From Candidatus Woesearchaeota archaeon B3_Woes (GTDB taxonomy: Archaea > Nanobdellota > Nanobdellia > Woesearchaeales > B3-WOES), in the NCBI GenBank assembly GCA_005222965.1, contig NJBG01000001.1, forward strand, positions 799,533-863,532: a DNA stretch of 64,000 bases, written 5' to 3'. The position numbers and the translations under genes are program-made. The notes under the pieces are model-generated. The model worked only from the letters and a program-made list of their open reading frames with translations, did no database searches and was not told the DNA's origin. Positions 39,424 to 49,628 of this stretch are shown in pieces (the stretch's first letter is position 1; each line of letters begins with the position of its first letter).

Positions 39424-40698
39424 TCAATCCAATACTTCACCAACCAAATAGTGCTTTGTAATATCAATAATTTGAACCCTGACTTTATTACCTAATTTAA
39501 ATTCACCTTCTATAACAATCGGTTTATATGCAAAATTTCTTCCCATAAAAGTACCTTTCTTGCCCTTTTCATCAATCAACACACTACCCCCCCATTTTGA
39601 CCATTTCTTATTTACACTAAAACCAACCCAGTCAAACACACTTGTCAATAATCTGCTTCTGTTTTTAATATCTTCTCCAGATAATTGCTCCATTTTAGCA
39701 GCATCTGTTCCAGGCCGAGGATTGAATCTTGAAATATTAATAACATCCGGCTTTATCTCTTCAACCAAATTCAAAGAATCCTGAAACTGCTCTTTTGTCT
39801 CTGTAGGAAAACCAACAATAATATCAGTTGAGATAGTAATATGCTCAAAACTCTCCCTAAATCTGTTAACAATTTTCTTGAAATCCCCAACAAAATACTT
39901 TCTTTTCATTAACTGCAGAATCTCATTATTCCCAGACTGAACAGGGATATGAATAAACTTGAATATTTTTGGATTTTTATAAACCTCAATAAGATCATCT
40001 AACATCCTAATAACATGATCAGGATTCATCATTCCAACACGAATCATAAAACCCCTATCAATCTTAACAATCTCTTTTAATAATTCAACCAAACTTGAAT
40101 TAATATCCTTTCCATAAGCTCCTGTATCCTGAGATGTTAACCAAATCTCTTTGCATCCGTCATTTAAAGCAGTATTAATCTCTTTGATTATCATCTCAAT
40201 TGGATAAGACTTCAAATCACCTTTGATTAATTTAACAGAACAATAAGAACAATACCCCAAACAACCAGAAGATATAGGAATTATCCCAACAATCTTATTC
40301 TTCCTAACTCTAGGAAGATTTATTTTATTATCAGATGATTTTCCCAAAATCTCTACAACATTATCATTTATTGTCTCTTCTATAACAGAAACAATCTCCT
40401 TGATATTATGAGTAGAAATCAGACTAGCTTCTGGAACTATCTCTCTTATCTCAGGAATAATACTTTTAGTTATACACCCAGCAACAATAAATTTCTTATT
40501 TTTTAATTCACTCAATTTCCTTATTTTCTTTAAAGCATTAGTATTATTTTTTACAGTGCATATGTTGATAATAATAACAAAAGCATCTTCAGGACTATTA
40601 ACTATCTCAAACTCGTGTTCAGCCAATAAACCCTTCATTATCTCTGATTCTGAAAAGTTTATTGAACATCCTGACGTATCAAAATATACTTTTACCAC
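39424..40698 (-). CDS. mtaB: tRNA t6A37 methylthiotransferase (archaeal MtaB/MiaB-like radical SAM)
   Basis: UPF0004 domain (GC..N, NICTVK, AGC), CLGYCSYC, RVGMMNP and C-terminal TRAM; GTG start at 40698 inferred. Confidence 0.85.
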   Translation of the reverse strand: MVKVYFDTSGCSINFSESEIMKGLLAEHEFEIVNSPEDAFVIIINICTVKNNTNALKKIRKLSELKNKKFIVAGCITKSIIPEIREIVPEASLISTHNIKEIVSVIEETINDNVVEILGKSSDNKINLPRVRKNKIVGIIPISSGCLGYCSYCSVKLIKGDLKSYPIEMIIKEINTALNDGCKEIWLTSQDTGAYGKDINSSLVELLKEIVKIDRGFMIRVGMMNPDHVIRMLDDLIEVYKNPKIFKFIHIPVQSGNNEILQLMKRKYFVGDFKKIVNRFRESFEHITISTDIIVGFPTETKEQFQDSLNLVEEIKPDVINISRFNPRPGTDAAKMEQLSGEDIKNRSRLLTSVFDWVGFSVNKKWSKWGGSVLIDEKGKKGTFMGRNFAYKPIVIEGEFKLGNKVRVQIIDITKHYLVGEVLD

Positions 40699-40776
40699 AT
40701 TAATAAAAAACAAACACCCATTTAAAAAGGTATTCGTTAAATTTATAAGCAATTCTTTGTTTTTCTCAAATTAGAA

Positions 40777-41241
40777 ATGACAATTTTGTATATTTTATTA
40801 CACAAACCTCAAACAATTGATGAATTTGTCCAGGAAGTACAAAGAAAAGGATACACATCAGTAGATATAGTCATAGCACAAAACGGAAAAAACAATTTAA
40901 AGAGTATACACGGAGATTTCTTTGAAGCACATTATACAGTCAGGCTTGAATCAGGCAAAATAAGATTAAAACTAGCTACATATGATGCAACATCAAATAC
41001 ATTTAATGGTGAGAAAAATGTTGAGGCCATCCACGAAATTAAAGAAAAAGAAGCATTAATAGCATCCCTGATGTATTCTGAAAGTGTTGCATATAGATTA
41101 CAACAAAAAGATTTAGAAACAACAATTAATGGAAAACCAATAGAAAATGCCAGAAATAGATCTAATCAATGTAGACAACAAATAGAAAAACTAGACAAAC
41201 TAATAATAAGAAACAAGTATCAAGGAGACCTATTCAAATAA
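40777..41241 (+). CDS. Hypothetical protein
   Basis: 154-aa ORF with no recognised motif. Confidence 0.6.
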   Translation: MTILYILLHKPQTIDEFVQEVQRKGYTSVDIVIAQNGKNNLKSIHGDFFEAHYTVRLESGKIRLKLATYDATSNTFNGEKNVEAIHEIKEKEALIASLMYSESVAYRLQQKDLETTINGKPIENARNRSNQCRQQIEKLDKLIIRNKYQGDLFK

Positions 41242-41281
41242 ATCAATAATCTTTTAAATAAAAGAAACTATTTCTTCAATT

Positions 41282-42025
41282 ATGTCGCGCTTCGGATGGG
41301 TTGTTCACAAAGTTATTGAAAAATCAGATATAGTTCTGGAAGTATTAGATGCAAGATTCATAGACGAAACAAGAAACAAAGAACTTGAATATAAGATTAA
41401 GAATAGGAATAAGAAACTGATTCATGTAATAAACAAATGCGATTTTGTAAATAAAAAACACCTCGATAAAATAAAAAAAGACCTAGAAAACTGTGTTTTT
41501 ATTTCTGCGACAAAACATCTAGGAACTACATTATTAAAACAAAAAATAACACTGCTGGCCAAACAAAAAAAAATAAAAGAACCAATAATCGGTGTAATTG
41601 GTTATCCTAATGTTGGAAAAAGTTCTCTAATAAACGCATTAAAAGGAAAACATTCAGCAAGAACATCATCAGAAGCAGGATACACAAAAGGAAAGCAGCT
41701 TCTAAGAATAAGTAAAGACATGATGATGATTGATACACCTGGAGTTATTCCAAGAGACAAAAACAAAGACCTAGATTTAGTACTAGTTGGAGCAAAAAAC
41801 CCAACAACAATAAAAGATCCTGATTTAGCAGTTATAAAACTAATAATAAAAAATCCAAAACTCATAGAATCATACTATGATGTAGTACCAGAAAGAAACA
41901 TAGAAAAAACAATAGAAAAACTAGCATTAAAACTGAATTTTAAGATAAAAGGAAATCTGCCTGATGTAGAAAGAACCTCAAGGAAAATATTAAGAGACTG
42001 GCAGTCAGGCAAAATAAAGAAATGA
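41282..42025 (+). CDS. Circularly permuted ribosome-biogenesis GTPase (RbgA/YlqF family)
   Basis: LDAR, NKCD, GYPNVGKSS and DTPG in G4-G1-G3 order. Confidence 0.92.
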   Translation: MSRFGWVVHKVIEKSDIVLEVLDARFIDETRNKELEYKIKNRNKKLIHVINKCDFVNKKHLDKIKKDLENCVFISATKHLGTTLLKQKITLLAKQKKIKEPIIGVIGYPNVGKSSLINALKGKHSARTSSEAGYTKGKQLLRISKDMMMIDTPGVIPRDKNKDLDLVLVGAKNPTTIKDPDLAVIKLIIKNPKLIESYYDVVPERNIEKTIEKLALKLNFKIKGNLPDVERTSRKILRDWQSGKIKK

Positions 42026-42711
42026 TTCTAAAAATATACAATACATTATTAGAAGAATACAGCTATCAGGGTTGGTGGCCAGTAACTCCTTCAGGAAGTT
42101 GCCAAGGTAAACTAGAGCCTATCTATGGATTAAGAGCAAGAACAGACAAACAAAAACTAGAGATTATTTTTGGAGCAATTCTAACTCAAAACACCTCTTG
42201 GAAAAACGTAGAAAAAGCAATTATTAATCTAAATGAAAAAAACTTAATTAACATAGATAAGATTCTAGAGATTGAACACGAAAAACTAGCAAAAACAATT
42301 AAATCAGCAGGATACTTTAATCAAAAAGCAAAAAAACTAAAGAATGTCTCAAAATTTCTAAAAAAATATCCAATTTCTAAGTTAGAAAAAACAGATTTAG
42401 ACAACGCAAGACAACTTCTCCTTAATGTTAATGGAATCGGACCTGAAACAGCAGATTCAATCTTATTATATGCTCTAAACAAACCAATTTTTGTTGTAGA
42501 CGCCTACACAAAAAGAATTTTTACAAATTTAGGCTTAGTAAAATCAGAAGATACTTATGAAGATATCCAAAAACTATTCATGGATCATCTGCCAAGTGAT
42601 GCAAAACTCTTTAATGAGTATCATGCCCTAATTGTTCAACACGCAAAAAAAGCTTGTAATAAAAAACCAAAATGTGATTTATGCTCTCTAAAGAAAATCT
42701 GTAAAAACTAA
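42022..42711 (+). CDS. Endonuclease III-related HhH-GPD glycosylase
   Basis: AILTQNTSW, GIGPETADSILLY, VDAY and C-terminal Cys cluster. Confidence 0.9.
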   Translation: MILKIYNTLLEEYSYQGWWPVTPSGSCQGKLEPIYGLRARTDKQKLEIIFGAILTQNTSWKNVEKAIINLNEKNLINIDKILEIEHEKLAKTIKSAGYFNQKAKKLKNVSKFLKKYPISKLEKTDLDNARQLLLNVNGIGPETADSILLYALNKPIFVVDAYTKRIFTNLGLVKSEDTYEDIQKLFMDHLPSDAKLFNEYHALIVQHAKKACNKKPKCDLCSLKKICKN

Positions 42712-44282
42712 ACCTCTTCTAACAACTTAATAACTCTTTTAACACCTAGCAGCATAATAAATCCAGCTAATTTAGGACCTTTTTCTTTATTTAACAAAAC
42801 TCTATATGCTCCTCTAAAAAATTCTAAAGGTTTTGTTCCAGCTTCATTACATATGTTCATAAAATCTTCATAAAGTGAATTTTCATCATACTTTTTACTA
42901 CTAAGCCTATCTTTTAAAATCCCTAAAGCCTTTTTCTGTTCAGAACTTAGAGATTTTTTAACTTCAGAAGAAACTTCTTCTTGTACTTCAAACTTCATAT
43001 CATCAGGAGCGTGCTTTTCTAACCAATTACCAACGCATTTAGTTCTTAACTTAAGCCTTTCCTCATCCTCTTTGTTCTTTAAATCATAATACTCTTTTAT
43101 TTTATCAAAATTTCCTTGATAAAGCTGATACATTGTTGTTAGATGCCTGAATAAAGGTTGGAAAGGCATTTTCTTAGAAAGTTCTACAGCACTTAACTCA
43201 TAAATCCTTTTCTGCTTTTCAAATTCCCTCTTATCTTTAGCTTCCTCTTTTTTATAATAGATTCTCTCGCATCTATCAAAATCTTCATAATACTTTAAAA
43301 CATCTAAATCAAATGATATTGCAAATTCTGATAAAGGCCTGGAACCAGCAAAAAACCACCTAACCATTGACGGCTCATAAACATCTAAAACATCTTTTAA
43401 AGTAACAACCACTCCCCCTGAACTTGAAAATTGGCCTCCTCCTTTAATGCTTATCCAGCCAAAACCATAACCTAATGCTGGCTTAATACCATAAACCTCT
43501 TTTGCAAGCTTTGGTGCAATATCAAAAACACCTCCAGAAGCATAATGGTCTTTACCAGCACTCTCAAAATCAACACCCTTATACTGCCAAAAAGCAGGAA
43601 CCTGAATACGATACTTTAGTTTTATAAAACCCTTTTTTCTAAAATCAAATTTCTGCCAATTTCCATCATTATCTTTATATTCAATCTCATATCCACCAGG
43701 ATACCTTGTTTCTGTAGCCTCAAAATGAGTCTTTTCATCATAAACAGAAATAGGTAGCCATTCTTCTGCTAAATCTTCTTTTCTATATTCATTAAGAAAT
43801 TCTTTTATCTTATCTGTCTTCTCCAAAGCTGTTTTTATTTGGTCAGCTAAAACGCACTTCTGATATTGCTCGCTGTTTCTAATAATTTCAGGACTTAACC
43901 CAACAATTGGCAAATAATGTTCAAAATCTTCCTCAAAATGAGTTGTATAATTCTTATGTTTTCCGTCAATAACATCAGGAACATCTACTAAAGGTTTTCT
44001 TAAACACTTTTTTAAAACACCCTGTTTTGGCATATTTACAGGAACCTTTCTAAAAACATCATAATCATCCCAATAATGGCAGTGAATAGCCTTTTTCCCT
44101 TTATGTCTCAGAGCTTTTGCAATAAAATCTCCCATAATAAACTCTCTAAAATTACCGACATGTAGAATACCGCTTGGAGTTGCACCAGTAGCAACAACAT
44201 ACTCTTTTTTATTCCCCCTTTTCTCAATAATAGAATCTGCTGTCTGATCAGCCCAATGAGTTCCTTCTGATTCTTCAGTCAT
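42708..44282 (-). CDS. lysS: Lysyl-tRNA synthetase, class I
   Basis: HWAD, TPSG.LHVGNFRE, GKDH and GPKL motifs. Confidence 0.95.
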   Translation of the reverse strand: MTEESEGTHWADQTADSIIEKRGNKKEYVVATGATPSGILHVGNFREFIMGDFIAKALRHKGKKAIHCHYWDDYDVFRKVPVNMPKQGVLKKCLRKPLVDVPDVIDGKHKNYTTHFEEDFEHYLPIVGLSPEIIRNSEQYQKCVLADQIKTALEKTDKIKEFLNEYRKEDLAEEWLPISVYDEKTHFEATETRYPGGYEIEYKDNDGNWQKFDFRKKGFIKLKYRIQVPAFWQYKGVDFESAGKDHYASGGVFDIAPKLAKEVYGIKPALGYGFGWISIKGGGQFSSSGGVVVTLKDVLDVYEPSMVRWFFAGSRPLSEFAISFDLDVLKYYEDFDRCERIYYKKEEAKDKREFEKQKRIYELSAVELSKKMPFQPLFRHLTTMYQLYQGNFDKIKEYYDLKNKEDEERLKLRTKCVGNWLEKHAPDDMKFEVQEEVSSEVKKSLSSEQKKALGILKDRLSSKKYDENSLYEDFMNICNEAGTKPLEFFRGAYRVLLNKEKGPKLAGFIMLLGVKRVIKLLEEV

Positions 44283-44332
44283 TCTAAAAACAAAAGAAAG
44301 GAGTTATATAAAGATTTCCCTATCTTGAATCA

Positions 44333-46228
44333 TTAAGGTGTAGGATTTCTAATTATAGTTGTTCCCATATTCATGTCTTTTAATTCTTCTTGAGTTAAAG
44401 GTCTAGTTAAGTCAGGATTTGCTAATAGTCCTAATATTCTTTCTTTTATGATATTTGGTGTATCCATTGTTGATGATGCTTTTGGAAATGTACTAATTCC
44501 TGTTCTACCATCTTGATTAACTAACACATCATATTCTGTACTATAACTAAATCCCTCATCTACTGAAACAAACTCATTTCTATATAGTGCACCACCACCA
44601 TTTGGATCACCCATTATATAATCAGCATGTATATCCATTTTTTCTCCTTGATCGTATTGTCCATTACCATTACTATCAGTAAAAGATCCTTTAATTACTC
44701 CTCTTGGCATACCTATTTCTTCTCCATTTACTTCAACACCAAAATGATGCACTTCTTCTCCAAAATGATTACTTACAACACCCATTTCTAAAGCATTACT
44801 AGCAAATTCTTTAACAACTTCTGAAACATCAACATCCCCAACAATGTCTTGGAATTCAGGAGGGGGAGGCATCAAATCTAAATAATCACTCAACCTACCA
44901 TTAAAATCATAAAAATCACCAGCTACGTCCCTAGCTGTTGCCCCAACTTCATCTCCTGTCAACTCTTTTCCATTATAAATCATCCATGGAACACCCTCTC
45001 CTTCCCACCTTCCATCAACATACATAATATTTGTTCTCATCCCACTTAAATCACTTTGTGAAATTACACTATCTTCACTAAAAACAAACCTTACTACACT
45101 AGAAGCAGGAGATTCTGTTCTTCCATCAGCTAAACGCTCAAATGTAACAACTTCCATATCCACTCTAGAACCCCCTTCAATTTCATTTACAAAAATATTA
45201 TTAATATCATCTGGCCCAGGTCCAACATTCCAAAACTCTATATCAATTTTATTATCCTCTTTTTCATCATTTGCAGTATCAATAAATAAATCAGAAGTAA
45301 AAGGATAAGGATAAGTTCTAGTTTCTGATTCCATTAGTATTATACTATTTCCATCATTTACACAACCTGGTGCTGCAGCTGCTACACCAATACAAGTATC
45401 CTTAGATACACCGATAGTTACCTGACTACTTTCATCTCTTTCTTCTTCCTCATTTTTAATAACCATAGTCAAAACAGAACCGCCATCTAGAGTAAGACTA
45501 TTAAGATAATAATTATCACCAAAACTAACAGCCCCATCTAACAATATCATTTCTTTATTAACAATTTCATTATCTACAATACTTCTATGCATTATACTAA
45601 CCCATCCATTGTCAACAACAGTTACTTTATTAGTTGCAATATCATAAACAAAAGGTAGATTATCAAACTCAGAATTAATCTCAATATCAAATATCTTAAG
45701 ATTTTTACTAGTTATTTGTCCAGTTTCACTATCATAGCTAATCCTTTCACCATGAATCATAACATGTCCATGTTCAATAGTTGGATGATTGAATTCAGTA
45801 CCTTCTTTAAGATCAACATTTTGAAACTGAATAACCCCATTAACAACATCAACACTACCACCTTTACCAAAATTAAACCTACCATTTGCTCCCCAAATCG
45901 TTCCACCATCTTGAATCTCTATTGTTCCAGTATAAGGCTCTTGATCAGAAGAAGAAACAAATACAGTACCTCCGTTCAACACAACAGGAAAACCAATATC
46001 AGTTAATACAGCATAACCTGTATTAATAAAAACCGTACCTGTGTATGGATCAATAGAAACATCATCTGGAGTAACTGTTGTTCCTTCTCCAAACAGTTCT
46101 ATTAAAAATTCTTCTTGTTCACCTCTACTCATTTCATTATAAGGTTTTTGTTCATCATCAGAAATAACAACAAAAGAAAACATAACTAAAAAAACAACAC
46201 TAATTACTAAGATTTTTGATTTATTCAT
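44333..46228 (-). CDS. Secreted modular protein: shared N-module plus unrelated acidic C-terminal domain
   Basis: Signal peptide MNKSKILVISVVFL (start 46228 or 46249); VTPDDVSIDP...INTG.AVLT shared with 26758-28485; DSNGNGQYDQGE EF-hand-like loop. Confidence 0.7.
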   Translation of the reverse strand: MNKSKILVISVVFLVMFSFVVISDDEQKPYNEMSRGEQEEFLIELFGEGTTVTPDDVSIDPYTGTVFINTGYAVLTDIGFPVVLNGGTVFVSSSDQEPYTGTIEIQDGGTIWGANGRFNFGKGGSVDVVNGVIQFQNVDLKEGTEFNHPTIEHGHVMIHGERISYDSETGQITSKNLKIFDIEINSEFDNLPFVYDIATNKVTVVDNGWVSIMHRSIVDNEIVNKEMILLDGAVSFGDNYYLNSLTLDGGSVLTMVIKNEEEERDESSQVTIGVSKDTCIGVAAAAPGCVNDGNSIILMESETRTYPYPFTSDLFIDTANDEKEDNKIDIEFWNVGPGPDDINNIFVNEIEGGSRVDMEVVTFERLADGRTESPASSVVRFVFSEDSVISQSDLSGMRTNIMYVDGRWEGEGVPWMIYNGKELTGDEVGATARDVAGDFYDFNGRLSDYLDLMPPPPEFQDIVGDVDVSEVVKEFASNALEMGVVSNHFGEEVHHFGVEVNGEEIGMPRGVIKGSFTDSNGNGQYDQGEKMDIHADYIMGDPNGGGALYRNEFVSVDEGFSYSTEYDVLVNQDGRTGISTFPKASSTMDTPNIIKERILGLLANPDLTRPLTQEELKDMNMGTTIIRNPTP

Positions 46229-46233
46229 CTTAC

Positions 46234-47577
46234 CTATGGTCTTTCCCATTTTTCAACTTCTACGATAAATGAATCACTATCAGATTCTGTATTTACATCA
46301 AATACTAAGACAGTTACAGTATATCTTCCTTCTTGACCAGGTTCTGGTGCAAAACTCATATCACCAGTTGAAGGATTAATATTAAAATTAGGCAAAGAAG
46401 TTTCTACAGCAAACCAAATAGCATCTCCATCAGGATCTGTTGCATGTACAGGTGCTCTAACCAAAGCTGAAGAAACGTCATCCCCAACATAAAAATGAAG
46501 ATCTTGAAGATCTTCAATTACAGGTGGATTATTTTCAGTAACAACCTCTAACTCAAACACAACACTACCTTCATTTCCATTATCATCCTCTGCTTTAATC
46601 ATAACAGAATGTGTTCCTCTATCTTCTATATTTGGAGTAAATCTAATTACACCAGTATTTTCATCAATATCAAACAAACCAGAAAAATCACTAAATTTAA
46701 GATTAGTAGCATTTAATGAAACGACCTGATAAACAAATTCATAATCAGGGAAAGCCTGTTGAGGTGGTATTGATTTTAGTTGAATATCTTCAGCCACTGC
46801 TTGTAATTCATACCAACCATATTGGGCTGCAAAATTAAATAATAAAGTTTTCTCATCATCTAATAAATCATTAAAAATCAAAGAATAAACAACAGAATTA
46901 TTATCACCATAAATTAAATCATAAGTAAAGCCATTATTATAAGCAGCTAATGATAAATGACCAATAGGAACAAAATCAGGATTTTTTTGGTGTTCTACAG
47001 CAAAATCTGAAAGAATATTATACAATTTATCAAAATTAAAATTATAATCCAAATAAAAACTCTTTATATCTGTTTTTGATTCCTGTTTTTTAACAGAAAT
47101 AGGATACTTAACCTTCATATTAAGCATTTTACCCAAAGAAGTATCAACAGAAATACTGCCTGCATTAATCTCATATCCAATTTCCCTAAAAGATTCAAAA
47201 TCATTAATACATTCTGGCAATTTATCTTCCATATACTTAGAAAATTCTCTTTCAATTACACTCTTCGAAGGAAACTTTGATTCTCCTAAATAAAAATAAA
47301 AAGGAATTTCAATAAATTCATAATCATAACCATCAACTACATTATAATAACCACCTTGTAAACTCAGCCATATAACTTCATCTTCAACAATATCCTTGAT
47401 ACAGTTATCAACATAATTTTTTATTGGAATAACATCAGCAGGTATTTTTGAAGTTTCTTCTATCCAAACATCCCCTCTCATTGTTAAGTCTGTTTGCATA
47501 GAAAAAAAGATTAAAGATGCGATAATAATAATCCCAATTATTATAAAAATAGTTACTTGGCCTCTTTTATTAAGCAT
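46234..47577 (-). CDS. Class III signal-peptide protein with C-terminal cadherin/Ig-like repeats
   Basis: KRG/QVTIFIIIG; FDIDENTG..RFTP, NNPPVI, ATDPDGD and INPSTG motifs; the longer start overlaps the tRNA. Confidence 0.75.
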   Translation of the reverse strand: MLNKRGQVTIFIIIGIIIIASLIFFSMQTDLTMRGDVWIEETSKIPADVIPIKNYVDNCIKDIVEDEVIWLSLQGGYYNVVDGYDYEFIEIPFYFYLGESKFPSKSVIEREFSKYMEDKLPECINDFESFREIGYEINAGSISVDTSLGKMLNMKVKYPISVKKQESKTDIKSFYLDYNFNFDKLYNILSDFAVEHQKNPDFVPIGHLSLAAYNNGFTYDLIYGDNNSVVYSLIFNDLLDDEKTLLFNFAAQYGWYELQAVAEDIQLKSIPPQQAFPDYEFVYQVVSLNATNLKFSDFSGLFDIDENTGVIRFTPNIEDRGTHSVMIKAEDDNGNEGSVVFELEVVTENNPPVIEDLQDLHFYVGDDVSSALVRAPVHATDPDGDAIWFAVETSLPNFNINPSTGDMSFAPEPGQEGRYTVTVLVFDVNTESDSDSFIVEVEKWERP

Positions 47578-47622
47578 AATCATATAATTTACTCTTTCAT
47601 ATATAAACTTTACTTTTTGAAA

Positions 47623-47710
47623 TGGGCCCAAGGGGATTCGAACCCCCGACCTATCGCTTTCTTTTCTAGATTAAGAGGCGATCGCTCTAACCAGGCTGAG
47701 CTATGAGCCC
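47623..47710 (-). tRNA. tRNA-Lys(CTT) with 13-nt intron at 37/38 (47659-47671)
   Basis: Cloverleaf GGGCTCA/TGGGCCC; anticodon stem ATCGC/GCGAT; T-loop TTCGAAT. Confidence 0.93.
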
Positions 47711-47768
47711 GTAATCTAAAGAAAAAGAGATAGATTATTTATAAAACTAACTAAATTATTTTTTACCT

Positions 47769-47897
47769 CTAACTTGATTTAGCAACATTACGTTTGCATT
47801 TACTGCATCTCCATATCAAATATTCAGTACCAACTACTCTTTTTTTATCTACCTGTTCCATTTCAGAATTACATAAAGTGCATTTTGGATTTGTCAT
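47769..47897 (-). CDS. Zinc-ribbon microprotein, 42 aa (MTNPKCTLCNSEMEQVDKKRVVGTEYLIWRCSKCKRNVAKSS)
   Basis: Translated by hand; two CxxC motifs. Confidence 0.7.
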   Translation of the reverse strand: MTNPKCTLCNSEMEQVDKKRVVGTEYLIWRCSKCKRNVAKSS

Positions 47898-47907
47898 AAT
47901 TCAGTTG

Positions 47908-48042
47908 TTATTGCTTTTCTTTTGATCTTGTTTCATAACATTCTTTGCAAAATGTATGTATTGTGTCTCCGTCATGTGAAGTTAATTTGCAATCGCTCGC
48001 GCCTTTTATCCATTTCCCACACGCTTCGCATTTATCATACAT
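47908..48042 (-). CDS. Zinc-finger microprotein, 44 aa (MYDKCEACGKWIKGASDCKLTSHDGDTIHTFCKECYETRSKEKQ)
   Basis: Translated by hand; CxxCG...HxFCxxC; TATA box ~25 nt upstream. Confidence 0.7.
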   Translation of the reverse strand: MYDKCEACGKWIKGASDCKLTSHDGDTIHTFCKECYETRSKEKQ

Positions 48043-48075
48043 ATTATTAACACAACATATAGAAATATATAAATC

Positions 48076-48789
48076 TTATGATAACTTTTTCAACTTCCCA
48101 AAATTATAAACTTTATCACCTATAACATAAACCTCAAAATTATCTAGCTTTTGTTTCAAAAAAGGAGAAAACTTTTTTACAGATGTTACATCCAAACCAT
48201 AAACAAGCAAGTTAAAAGAAGGCATAACAATTAAATTCCTTCTCAAATACCTTCCTTTTAAAAAACACTTATACTTTTCAGCTCTTGCAGCATCTCTGAT
48301 AGTTACAGCAGGATGCTCATGACCAATTATTATTGTTTTAACACTTTTTAATAATTCCTTTTTTACTAAAACATCACCATGAATAAGCAAAATATCATTT
48401 ACTTTAACATAATTTGTTACCTTTACTTTTCTTTTATTTGCAATCGGACCTAAAATAGTGTCATGATTTCCTTTTACTAAGATAACCTCTTTACAATGAT
48501 TGGATAAAAAATCCAACAACCTTAAAGTATGCCTCCACTCTGTTTCAGAAATCTTACCAAACTCATGCTTTATATCACCATTAACAATTATTCTATCTAA
48601 TTTACCTGTTTTGCTTAATATTTTCTCTAATTTCAACACAACTTCTTTAAAACTTATTCTTGGAACAAACACTCCTTGTTTGTTAAGAGCCTCTTCATAA
48701 CCAATATGAGTGTCTGATATTACCAAAATCTTCTCTTTTTTTAGATATAAAGCCAAATCTATTATTTCAGTATCTTTTAAAATTTCCAT
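48076..48789 (-). CDS. Metallophosphoesterase (calcineurin-like)
   Basis: SDTHIG, NGD, GNHD, HGD and GHEHP motifs. Confidence 0.9.
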   Translation of the reverse strand: MEILKDTEIIDLALYLKKEKILVISDTHIGYEEALNKQGVFVPRISFKEVVLKLEKILSKTGKLDRIIVNGDIKHEFGKISETEWRHTLRLLDFLSNHCKEVILVKGNHDTILGPIANKRKVKVTNYVKVNDILLIHGDVLVKKELLKSVKTIIIGHEHPAVTIRDAARAEKYKCFLKGRYLRRNLIVMPSFNLLVYGLDVTSVKKFSPFLKQKLDNFEVYVIGDKVYNFGKLKKLS

Positions 48790-48823
48790 AGAACAAGTAT
48801 TAAACAGGACTTTTTAAAACTAA

Positions 48824-49012
48824 TTATTTTATAAATCCAATTACACTGTATATTTTTTTTGCAACATCCCAATCCATCCTCTCAATATCACACTCTTCAT
48901 AATCAAAAGAACTACCTTCTAACTTTAAGGTAAACAATTGAACAACAGGTTTACCATCCTTATTAGTATCAACAACCTTTGCTAAATAATTCCGATGATC
49001 TTTTTCTTTCAT
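48824..49012 (-). CDS. Small hypothetical protein
   Basis: 62-aa ORF between genes with its own TATA-like box. Confidence 0.5.
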   Translation of the reverse strand: MKEKDHRNYLAKVVDTNKDGKPVVQLFTLKLEGSSFDYEECDIERMDWDVAKKIYSVIGFIK

Positions 49013-49094
49013 ATATACCTATTCCAACAGTACTATAAAAACCTTACTCTTTCAAAACGATAAGTTTATGTATTTCTTCAGATACTCTCAAAAC

Positions 49095-49625
49095 ATGGAA
49101 ACAGAGTTTGAAGTCAAAATCCTAGATATAGATGTTGAACAAATAAAAAACAAGCTAGAAGAAGTAGGAGCTAAAAAACATCTAGAAAGAAGTATGAAAA
49201 GATATGTCTATGATGTAGTTTCCACTCATAAACATACATGGATTAGATTAAGGGATCAAGGAGATAAAGTAACACTAACTCTAAAACAAATACAACATGA
49301 TGGTATTGATGGTACAAAAGAAACAGAAATAGAAGTCAACAACTTTGAAAAAACCAACCTTTTACTTAATAAATTAGGATTTCTTCCTAAAGCGTATCAG
49401 GAAAACAAGAGAATCAGTTACAAATTAGGTAATGTAGAAATTGAAATTGATTTCTGGCCTAAAATTCCATCATATCTAGAGATTGAAGCTAAATCTACTG
49501 AAGAAATAGAAAAAACAGTAAAATTACTGGGTTTTGACATGAACCAGACTACTTCTATAGGAGTTCAAAAAGTCTATGAAAAATATGGAATAAATATTGA
49601 TGATTTCAAAGAACTAAAATTTTAG
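49095..49625 (+). CDS. CYTH-domain protein (class IV adenylate cyclase/triphosphatase family)
   Basis: EFEVK, WIRLR, LTLK, ENKRISY and YLEIE motifs. Confidence 0.9.
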   Translation: METEFEVKILDIDVEQIKNKLEEVGAKKHLERSMKRYVYDVVSTHKHTWIRLRDQGDKVTLTLKQIQHDGIDGTKETEIEVNNFEKTNLLLNKLGFLPKAYQENKRISYKLGNVEIEIDFWPKIPSYLEIEAKSTEEIEKTVKLLGFDMNQTTSIGVQKVYEKYGINIDDFKELKF

Positions 49626-49628
49626 TTT

